Source: a virus
Taxonomy: Duplodnaviria; Caudoviricetes
Virus record (IMG/VR): IMGVR_UViG_3300021425_003554
Direction: 5' to 3' (one strand)
Length of the DNA: 64,000 bases
Below the pieces are notes generated by a model. It was not told the origin of the DNA, did not search any database, and saw only the letters and a list, made by a program, of their open reading frames with translations. The stretch's first letter is position 1; every line of letters starts with the position of its first letter. The position numbers and the translations under genes are program-made. Of the stretch, positions 56,950-64,000 are shown piece by piece.

Positions 56950-58418
56950 TTTATTTTTACAACAGCAGTAGGAAAGTTATCTGCATATAGCAAGGTCACT
57001 TTGTTTGTGAATTTCATTTGTAGTAGATCTGATGCAAATATCCAACCCGTTCTTTTTGCCACCTGTAATGCTTTCTTACAAAAAGATACATTATGAAGGT
57101 TGCTTTTTTTATTCACATATAAATTTAAATTTTCAGGATCAAGTTTTGAAACGGGTATCCTTGCCAGAGTCCAAAAATTCATCCAATTGTTACCTTCTTT
57201 GACTATCAAGTGATCAAATTTATCTCCAACCATTTGATGTATCATTTTTTTAATCATTGTTGCGTTCGCTACATCTAAAGGATCTATAGTTTCTGTGTCA
57301 ATAAAAGGCAACATTGACATCAATTCAAAATCAGAAATTGGAGTGAATTCGTTGCCTATGTCTTTATTATCATACCCTCTTTGTTTTGGTTGAAAAAGTG
57401 TTATGATTCCCCAGTCGTTGTCCCATTCCAAATCCCAATCTATGCCGTTTACAGTTTTTGTATAATAATTTTCATCGATAGGTATGCGTTTTCCGATACG
57501 TCTGATCCATTCCCATTTATGAAATAAAACAGAATTCCCTTCGTGGCCGATTATTACAGGTCTATCTTTGAAATGTTCGGCGACCTCATAAGATTGATAA
57601 TTAAAAAATGGTTCTGGATCTATATTGTTCGCCCATTTGATCAGCGTGTCCTCGTTCATTTTTAATTCGGTGATTTTCTTAAAACCAAGTGTTTTTTCAA
57701 AACTCAGGTCAAGGTTGTTGTCAAATTTCAGAATTGCACCTTCACTGAGAACGTGTGACTTATTGGGATTATGCTTATTCTCATGATGATTTTTGTATTC
57801 TAAAGTTGGATTGCTAAGACGGTCTTTCCAATATGTCTCGGCGTAAGGATTTTTATTCCACAAAGGCAAAAATATTTTTCCATCGACTATTATTGGTTCA
57901 TAGTCAGGCTCCTGATTATTCACGTATACGAGTTCTGTTTTACCTAGAGCGTTGTATTTGTGCAAATAAGCCATTAATAGTATCGAGTCTATGCCTTGGC
58001 TGTACATTAAAACTATGTCATCATGCGAATCAATAAAGTCTTTCATTTTTTTATCAAGTTTTTCTACTGCAAATTTCTCAAATTCTTCGTATGGTATCGT
58101 GTTTCGAGGTAGGTCTCTAACTTCAATCAACCCCTCACTGTTCAATTGAAAATTTTGATAAAATGTGCTAGATTCCCACCCATGGAATATGGTTTCTTTG
58201 ATGTTGTGTTTTTCAATGAACGGATAACATTGAAAATTTACTCTACCTTTAGTCTCGACAGTGGTATTTGTATCTTGCTCTATTTGTTCAAGTGTTTTTG
58301 CAGTGATGGTATTGTCTGGACCATATTTTAAAAATATCTCCCAGTTCCGGCCATTTTTCCTTGTCCAATTTTTTAATAAGTCTTTTGTGTTCTGATCGGT
58401 GGGAGTATAGGTTTTCAT
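56946..58418 (-). CDS. PP-loop/AsnB-like protein
   Basis: LMYSQGIDS, IIGHEGNSVLF; TATAAATA at 58426-58433 (-). Confidence 0.6.
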   Translation of the reverse strand: MKTYTPTDQNTKDLLKNWTRKNGRNWEIFLKYGPDNTITAKTLEQIEQDTNTTVETKGRVNFQCYPFIEKHNIKETIFHGWESSTFYQNFQLNSEGLIEVRDLPRNTIPYEEFEKFAVEKLDKKMKDFIDSHDDIVLMYSQGIDSILLMAYLHKYNALGKTELVYVNNQEPDYEPIIVDGKIFLPLWNKNPYAETYWKDRLSNPTLEYKNHHENKHNPNKSHVLSEGAILKFDNNLDLSFEKTLGFKKITELKMNEDTLIKWANNIDPEPFFNYQSYEVAEHFKDRPVIIGHEGNSVLFHKWEWIRRIGKRIPIDENYYTKTVNGIDWDLEWDNDWGIITLFQPKQRGYDNKDIGNEFTPISDFELMSMLPFIDTETIDPLDVANATMIKKMIHQMVGDKFDHLIVKEGNNWMNFWTLARIPVSKLDPENLNLYVNKKSNLHNVSFCKKALQVAKRTGWIFASDLLQMKFTNKVTLLYADNFPTAVVKIN

Positions 58419-58479
58419 TTTTCAATATTTATATAGCAGTTCATTTGACAAAAAAATATTTGTCATATACAATAGAACA

Positions 58480-58779
58480 ATGATAATAGAAAAAGAAAAA
58501 ATAGCAACTATAAAATTGGTCACTGGGGAAGAAGTCATTGCCAAAGTAACTGATCACGATCAAAATAAAATCACCATACAGAAACCTTTAGTAATCATGA
58601 TGAGTCCACAGGGACTGGCATTTGGTACATTTGTGCCCACAATGGATCAATCAAAAGATATAGAAATAGAAACCAGGAATATTGTGGTAATTGGATTGGC
58701 CAATGAAAAAGTGATCAACGAGTACAAGAATGCAACTTCACCTATCAAAACACCACCAAAAAGTAATATTGTTGTTTAA
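58480..58779 (+). CDS. Sm/SH3-like phage protein, leaderless
   Basis: IKLVTGEEVIA motif; TTGACA-17-TACAAT ends 6 nt before the ATG. Confidence 0.7.
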   Translation: MIIEKEKIATIKLVTGEEVIAKVTDHDQNKITIQKPLVIMMSPQGLAFGTFVPTMDQSKDIEIETRNIVVIGLANEKVINEYKNATSPIKTPPKSNIVV

Positions 58780-58789
58780 AAACAGACGG

Positions 58790-58817
58790 TTGACATATTT
58801 TGATAATGTGTTAAAAT
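58790..58817 (+). promoter_or_regulatory. phage early promoter TTGACA-16-TAAAAT
   Basis: GGTTGAC and TGn extension, as in the other copies. Confidence 0.75.
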
Positions 58818-58941
58818 TAAATTAACAAGACATATTAAAGTAAATGTCTATAAACTTGTTCCGTCGGATCTCGCTTATATTCGGCGGAACACACGACTCC
58901 ACACCCTTTGGGTGTAATTGAGTCAACATACAGGAGATGAT

Positions 58942-60048
58942 ATGGAAAACAAAGTGAAAACTCTCAATCAAGTGGTTGAGGAATTCTACAAAGACGGCGA
59001 AGATGAAGTAGCCAATTTCAAAACAAGGTTAGAAACAGCCAGAGATAGGCTGAAAGAATTACAAAAAGATCCTGAAATGATATTACCGCAAGGTATTTCA
59101 CAAGTGGAGATCAATGACGATCTATGTTTCAATTACTCTGTACAACGAGACTTGAGACCTTCACACGTGGTTCGTATATGTGAAAAATTTGATCCCCGAG
59201 TGGTAAGACCCGCATCAGCAGTCAAAAGAGACGGAAAATACTTTTTGTTTGATGGACAACACACGTCTGTCGCATTATCGGTATTGGGTTTCAAGGCAGT
59301 GCCCATGACCTATGTTGAGACATCACATCAATCTTTTGATGCCATCGCATTTGAGATATTGAATGACACAGGTATATTGAGGGCAGGCACAGAAGAGATA
59401 CACAGGGGTCTATTACACAGATGGCACAACGATGTCCATTCTGAAAACGATAGGAATAATCCTAGGGTAAAAAATGCCTACACTGTTGATACCCTATTCA
59501 AAAAATGTGCTATAGATTTAGAACCCAAGCGAGTGAGAAAGAGCCCGGGCAAGTGTGGTCCAAACAAACACTATTTCTCACATTTCGATTATGCATACAA
59601 AGGTTTAGAAATGACCGGCGATGCTGATGTTCTTGAAAAGATATTGTTGGGAATCAAACAATATTACGGAGATGAGGACGGAGGAGAAATCAATCAAGGT
59701 ATCTACATAGGACTTGTAAAAATGTACGCATTAGCAAAAGAAGACGGTGCAACTAAATTTCTACCCAAAGATTGGATAGATAAAATTCTATCGGCACTGA
59801 TCGATATATGTGGAAGGAATGCACAAGGAATACATTCTGCCTCTAAAAAGCAATGGCAACATTGCCGAGGCACATCATGGGACGCACCAGTGGCAATGAG
59901 TACTCTTATGAGAGAAGCATATCTTTCACACGCATCAGAAGATGATCAGTTCAATCCACCACACGAACCTAAGGTGTCCATGGGTTTATTGAAAAACGAC
60001 ATCTGTGCAGAGTTTGTTCCTTATTGTAAAATGAAAAACAATGTTTGA
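58942..60048 (+). CDS. ParB/Srx-fold protein (DGQHT; DUF6551-like)
   Basis: QRDL..FDP..LFDGQHT; AGGAG SD before MENKVK. Confidence 0.75.
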   Translation: MENKVKTLNQVVEEFYKDGEDEVANFKTRLETARDRLKELQKDPEMILPQGISQVEINDDLCFNYSVQRDLRPSHVVRICEKFDPRVVRPASAVKRDGKYFLFDGQHTSVALSVLGFKAVPMTYVETSHQSFDAIAFEILNDTGILRAGTEEIHRGLLHRWHNDVHSENDRNNPRVKNAYTVDTLFKKCAIDLEPKRVRKSPGKCGPNKHYFSHFDYAYKGLEMTGDADVLEKILLGIKQYYGDEDGGEINQGIYIGLVKMYALAKEDGATKFLPKDWIDKILSALIDICGRNAQGIHSASKKQWQHCRGTSWDAPVAMSTLMREAYLSHASEDDQFNPPHEPKVSMGLLKNDICAEFVPYCKMKNNV

Positions 60049-60583
60049 ACTAGATAGATATATGCGATTAGATCGCGAATTGGTAGGTAAGTTACAATTT
60101 AAATCTGCCAACAAAGTATCGCTTGAGGCAGATGTAGAAATTCTAAATAGATTCAAAAACGATTTATTAAGTGAAAATGTCAACAGAGAAGTCAAAGGCA
60201 AGTACTTTTATTTTTTACAGAGATACTTGAGGGACACACAAAAGGCACGATGTCCTGGACAGTCCCATTATGTGGCGGAAGGTGCCAATGAGGGCAAAGC
60301 ACATCTCGAGCATCCAATACCACAAAATAGGATACTACAAGCATACCTGGAAGGTCATATATCTGAGATTGAAGCAATCCATATGCCTTTGTGCCTTATA
60401 TCAGATGCTGACAAACACATCCTGGAAGGAGAATGGCAATACAATGCCACATGGCAGTATCCATTTCGAAGATATAAAATGGCAGGATTTACCAAAACAA
60501 TTAAAAATTTAAGAGGAGAACCTATTGATTTAGACTTGTGGTCTATTGAAAATCATTTTACAATGTTAGGAGTAATAAAATGA
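60041..60583 (+). CDS. hypothetical protein with EHxxP (HNH-like) motif
   Basis: HLEHPIP..PLCLIS..D..L; overlap-coupled on both sides. Confidence 0.5.
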   Translation: MFELDRYMRLDRELVGKLQFKSANKVSLEADVEILNRFKNDLLSENVNREVKGKYFYFLQRYLRDTQKARCPGQSHYVAEGANEGKAHLEHPIPQNRILQAYLEGHISEIEAIHMPLCLISDADKHILEGEWQYNATWQYPFRRYKMAGFTKTIKNLRGEPIDLDLWSIENHFTMLGVIK

Positions 60584-61866
60584 AACCCTGGAAAATCATA
60601 CAAGAACTGGAAGCGGACAATTCGAGACTGAAGAAAGAAGCCATCATAAGGCGTGAGTCAGACGCGGAGAACATCAGGTTCTTCAACGGCGTTGGTGCGG
60701 CCTTGGATGGATTCAGGACTTTTGGTGTACAGAAGGTGCCCGTATCAAAGAAGGATGGCACAGGAATCACACAGACCGAATTCGATGATGTCTTGAGAAG
60801 ATTGGAAGACAGAACTCTCACAGGCAATGAAATGCGAGATGTGATCCAAGACCTTTGTGATAGATCAAACATGGAAGAATGGAACGACTGGTATCGTAGG
60901 ATCTTGATAAAAGATCTAAGATGTGGGGTCACACACAAGACAATCAATAAGCATTCTACGATGAAGGTTCCTGTGTTCGAGTGTATGTTGGCAGACGACA
61001 GCAAGAAGCACGAAAAGAAGATGACAGGTGAAGTGTATGTTGAACCCAAACTGGATGGAGTCAGAGTGATAACAATATGCGACGTGGACAAGGACGAGGT
61101 TAAGATGTTCTCAAGAAACGGCAAGGAATTAGTCAACTTTCCAAAGATACTTCAACAATTTGACGAGATGCTGGACCAGATGTCCGAGAGCATGGTGTTT
61201 GACGGCGAGGTCATGAGTGACGACTTCCAGACCCTGATGAGGGAGATACACAGGAAGGGTGGTGCCAAGACCGATGACGCGGTGCTTAACCTGTTTGATT
61301 GCCTGCCACTTGAACACTTCAAGGAGGGTGGATCAAATAACACTTTGGGTCAAAGAAAGGATTGGTTGGACGGATATGATTATGGTCCAAACATATCCAA
61401 AGTAGAATATGTAAAAATAGATTTAGATGACGACGATGGACAGAAGCAGTTCGCGGATTATAATAGATTATGTATAGACAAGGGATTTGAAGGTATAATG
61501 GTCAAACCCATCACAGGGATCTATGAGTGTAAGAGATCCAGCCTCTGGTTAAAAGTAAAACCTTTTATAGAAGTTTCTTTAACTGTCAAAGATGTTGAAG
61601 AAGGCACGGGTAGAAATATTGGTAAACTGGGTGCTCTCATTGTTGAAGGTACCGACGATGGTAAATTTATAAAAACTAATGTGGGATCTGGATTGACAGA
61701 CCAGGATCGTGAAACATATTGGCAACACAAAGATAAATTATTAGGACAGGTTGTTGAAATTAGAGCAGATGCAATAACCCAAAATCAGGACACGACTAGG
61801 GAATATAGTCTACGTTTTCCTAGATTTTTAAGATTTAGAGGATTTGAAATAGGAGAAAAAATGTAA
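60580..61866 (+). CDS. lig: ATP-dependent DNA ligase
   Basis: EPKLDGVR, FDGEV, EGIMVK, WLKVK, SLRFPRF. Confidence 0.97.
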   Translation: MKPWKIIQELEADNSRLKKEAIIRRESDAENIRFFNGVGAALDGFRTFGVQKVPVSKKDGTGITQTEFDDVLRRLEDRTLTGNEMRDVIQDLCDRSNMEEWNDWYRRILIKDLRCGVTHKTINKHSTMKVPVFECMLADDSKKHEKKMTGEVYVEPKLDGVRVITICDVDKDEVKMFSRNGKELVNFPKILQQFDEMLDQMSESMVFDGEVMSDDFQTLMREIHRKGGAKTDDAVLNLFDCLPLEHFKEGGSNNTLGQRKDWLDGYDYGPNISKVEYVKIDLDDDDGQKQFADYNRLCIDKGFEGIMVKPITGIYECKRSSLWLKVKPFIEVSLTVKDVEEGTGRNIGKLGALIVEGTDDGKFIKTNVGSGLTDQDRETYWQHKDKLLGQVVEIRADAITQNQDTTREYSLRFPRFLRFRGFEIGEKM

Positions 61867-62888
61867 TGAAAAATATTGGAATTATAGGTTCTGGTAAAAT
61901 TGGATCAACAATATATGCTTATCTAAAAACAACAGATCATAATATTAGTATAGCGGACAAAATACAAAAAAATGAAGTACAAAAGATAGATGTATTCAAC
62001 AAAGACGACCTGGAATCCTTTGTGTCTAAACAAGACATATTGGTCTCAGGAGCACCTTATGATGCTAATCCTTTGATAGCAGATGCCTGTAATAAATTCA
62101 ATGTGGCATATTTTGATCTCACAGAAGACACAGCAGTGACAGATCACATCAAGACTTTCAAATCAGACACATTCATGATGCCGCAGTGTGGTTTTGCTCC
62201 GGGAGCCATTAATATTATTGCAAGTAATCTTATCAAGCAATTTGAAAGAGTGGACAAAGTTAATATGAGAGGTGGAGCATTGCCTAAGTATCCAAACAAT
62301 GCCATGGCCTATTATCTCACATGGAGTACGTCCGGATTGATCAACGAATACGTAAATGATTGTGATGTTATTAGAAATAACAAACACATCAAAACACTAC
62401 CATTGGACGGTTTAGAAACTTTATATGTTGATGGTGATAGATATGAGGCTTTTAACACATCTGGTGGAGCGGCCTCTATGTGTGAAACATTTTCTGACAC
62501 AGTCAAAACACTTGACTACAAAACTATAAGATATCCAGGACATCATGCCAGCATGAAATTCTTGTTGGACGATTTGAATTTAAAACACAACAAAGAAAAA
62601 TTTATTGATCTATTTGATCAGGAAGTGCCTTACACTACCGCTGATGTCATTGTGATGTTCGTTAGTGTGGTCGGCATCAAGAATGGTATGCTACAAGAAG
62701 TAACGTATAGTAAAAAAATTTACGGAGATGAAAACTTCAGTGCCATACAGAGAACCACTGCATCCGGGGCCTGTGCGGTAGTCCTGGCCTATGCCGAAGG
62801 CAAATTAAAAGGCAAAGGATTTCAACGTCAAGAAAATATACCGTTTGATGTATTCACTGGTAATAAATTTGGAGAACTTTATGGATAA
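61866..62888 (+). CDS. lysine 6-dehydrogenase / saccharopine dehydrogenase family
   Basis: GSGKIG, YFDLTED, CGFAPG, TWSTSGLINEY, EAFNTSGG, KTIRYPGH. Confidence 0.9.
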   Translation: MKNIGIIGSGKIGSTIYAYLKTTDHNISIADKIQKNEVQKIDVFNKDDLESFVSKQDILVSGAPYDANPLIADACNKFNVAYFDLTEDTAVTDHIKTFKSDTFMMPQCGFAPGAINIIASNLIKQFERVDKVNMRGGALPKYPNNAMAYYLTWSTSGLINEYVNDCDVIRNNKHIKTLPLDGLETLYVDGDRYEAFNTSGGAASMCETFSDTVKTLDYKTIRYPGHHASMKFLLDDLNLKHNKEKFIDLFDQEVPYTTADVIVMFVSVVGIKNGMLQEVTYSKKIYGDENFSAIQRTTASGACAVVLAYAEGKLKGKGFQRQENIPFDVFTGNKFGELYG

Positions 62889-64000
62889 ACAAAAATATAA
62901 CGTGATTGTCAACAGGGCCATGGACGCCCAGATGTTATGGAAAAATGTTCCTGCTCCGAAAAGAGGAGAACTAATCAGAATATTTGGCAACAAATTAAGA
63001 GAAAATTTACAAGAGTTAGGAGAACTGGTCACAAAGGATTCCAAAAAAATTATTGCGGAAGGAATAGGAGAGGTACAAGAAGCGATAGATATGTGTGATT
63101 TCGGGGTGGGATTGTCAAGACAACTTTACGGATTGACTATGCCATCGGAAAGACAAGATCACAAGTTAATGGAAGTATGGCATCCACTCGGAGTTGTTGG
63201 AGTCATATCTGCTTTTAATTTTCCTTGTGCTGTATGGTCATGGAATCATATACTTTCTATAGTGTGTGGAAATTCTGTTGTATGGAAACCATCACCCCTC
63301 AGTATGAACATCACTCTAAAATGTAAAGAGTTATGGGATGAGTCAATTGTTGAATTTTTAAAAAACGTGACAGTGAAACATACACAAGGTGATAGATTTC
63401 ATTTACAAGATCTATTGGGCATAGTCGAAGGCGGAAAAGAAGCCGCCGAATGGATAGCAGACGATCCTAGAATAAAATTAGTAAGTGCCACAGGTTCCAC
63501 AGAGATGGGCAAAGCATTGGCTCCTAGAGTTTCGGCAAGATTAGGAAAATCTTTATTAGAATTGGGTGGTAACAATGCAATGATAGTTTCACAACACGCA
63601 AACTTGAATCTTGCGATTAGAGCCATAGTATTCAGTGCTGTGGGAACTTGCGGACAAAGATGTACAACATTGAGAAGATTGATTGTTAACGAAAACATTT
63701 ACGATACACTACTTGAAAAAATTAAATCTGCATACAGCAGTTTGACAATAGGTGATCCAATGGATCCTAAAAATTTAGTGGGACCTTTGATCAATCAACA
63801 ATCTGTTGACAGAATGCAAGAAGTTTTAAAAAAATGTCGAGAAAGAGGACATATTGTACACGGTGGAGAAGTTATCGAAGGTTGCTATGTAAAACCTGCC
63901 ATAGTGGAAGTCAAAGAGCAGGACGAGTTGGTACACAACGAAACTTTTGCTCCTATACTGTACATTTTGAAGTATATCACTCTAGATAATGCTATCAGAA
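62881..64000 (+). CDS. ALDH7-type aminoadipate-semialdehyde dehydrogenase (runs off the window; absent from the ORF track)
   Basis: translated by hand: PAPKRGE, EGIGEVQE, MPSER, PLGVVGVISAFNFP, LELGGNN, GQRCTT. Confidence 0.92.
   Translation, partial: MDKQKYNVIVNRAMDAQMLWKNVPAPKRGELIRIFGNKLRENLQELGELVTKDSKKIIAEGIGEVQEAIDMCDFGVGLSRQLYGLTMPSERQDHKLMEVWHPLGVVGVISAFNFPCAVWSWNHILSIVCGNSVVWKPSPLSMNITLKCKELWDESIVEFLKNVTVKHTQGDRFHLQDLLGIVEGGKEAAEWIADDPRIKLVSATGSTEMGKALAPRVSARLGKSLLELGGNNAMIVSQHANLNLAIRAIVFSAVGTCGQRCTTLRRLIVNENIYDTLLEKIKSAYSSLTIGDPMDPKNLVGPLINQQSVDRMQEVLKKCRERGHIVHGGEVIEGCYVKPAIVEVKEQDELVHNETFAPILYILKYITLDNAIR

Noticed and set aside
1-64000. Many ORF-track entries antisense to or nested in called genes (e.g. 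749-1135, 5242-5853, 7223-7717, 12122-12592, 25324-25647, 46886-47494)
   Set aside because: Shadow ORFs opposite motif-bearing genes, with no promoter, SD or family motifs.
1-64000. tRNA genes
   Set aside because: No cloverleaf found by eye other than the tRNA-like domain of the tmRNA; tRNAscan-SE would be decisive.
1-64000. Stop-codon reassignment
   Set aside because: Known proteins (NrdA, NrdB, KdsA, ligase, PstS) are full length, and TAA, TAG and TGA all act as normal stops.

Overview
The window is a 64-kb slice of a large lytic dsDNA tailed-phage genome of the T4-like/jumbo myovirus type. The host is probably a marine alphaproteobacterium (SAR11-like), inferred from the circularly permuted tmRNA, a DUF1178-like gene, CspA/PstS/KdsA and low GC. 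Layout: (1) 0-8.4 kb, accessory enzymes (AsnB/PP-loop, DUF1445, 2OG-Fe oxygenases, SGNH, alpha/beta hydrolase), with a GC-rich patch at about 3-8.4 kb; (2) 8.1-24.2 kb, minus-strand early cassettes of small genes with strong Shine-Dalgarno sites, each driven by a repeated GGTTGAC-N-16bp-TA(T)NNT promoter; (3) 24.8-40.3 kb, late/virion-associated genes behind TAAATA promoters, many apparently leaderless; (4) 40.5-64 kb, metabolic genes (nrdAB, sufE, SufT-like, pstS with Pho box, UDP-sugar dehydrogenase, kdsA, PAAR, Rieske oxygenase, a complete ABC importer operon, two-piece tmRNA, ParB-like plus EHxxP pair, DNA ligase, lysine dehydrogenase plus ALDH7). The most notable signals are a phage-encoded permuted tmRNA with a long, basic 22-residue tag; two copies of a tandem NrdR-box-like pair with 32-bp spacing upstream of early promoters; and a translationally coupled importer-oxygenase-PP-loop operon. 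All family calls come from motif recognition by eye; no database searches were run. Several starts were corrected relative to the ORF track.
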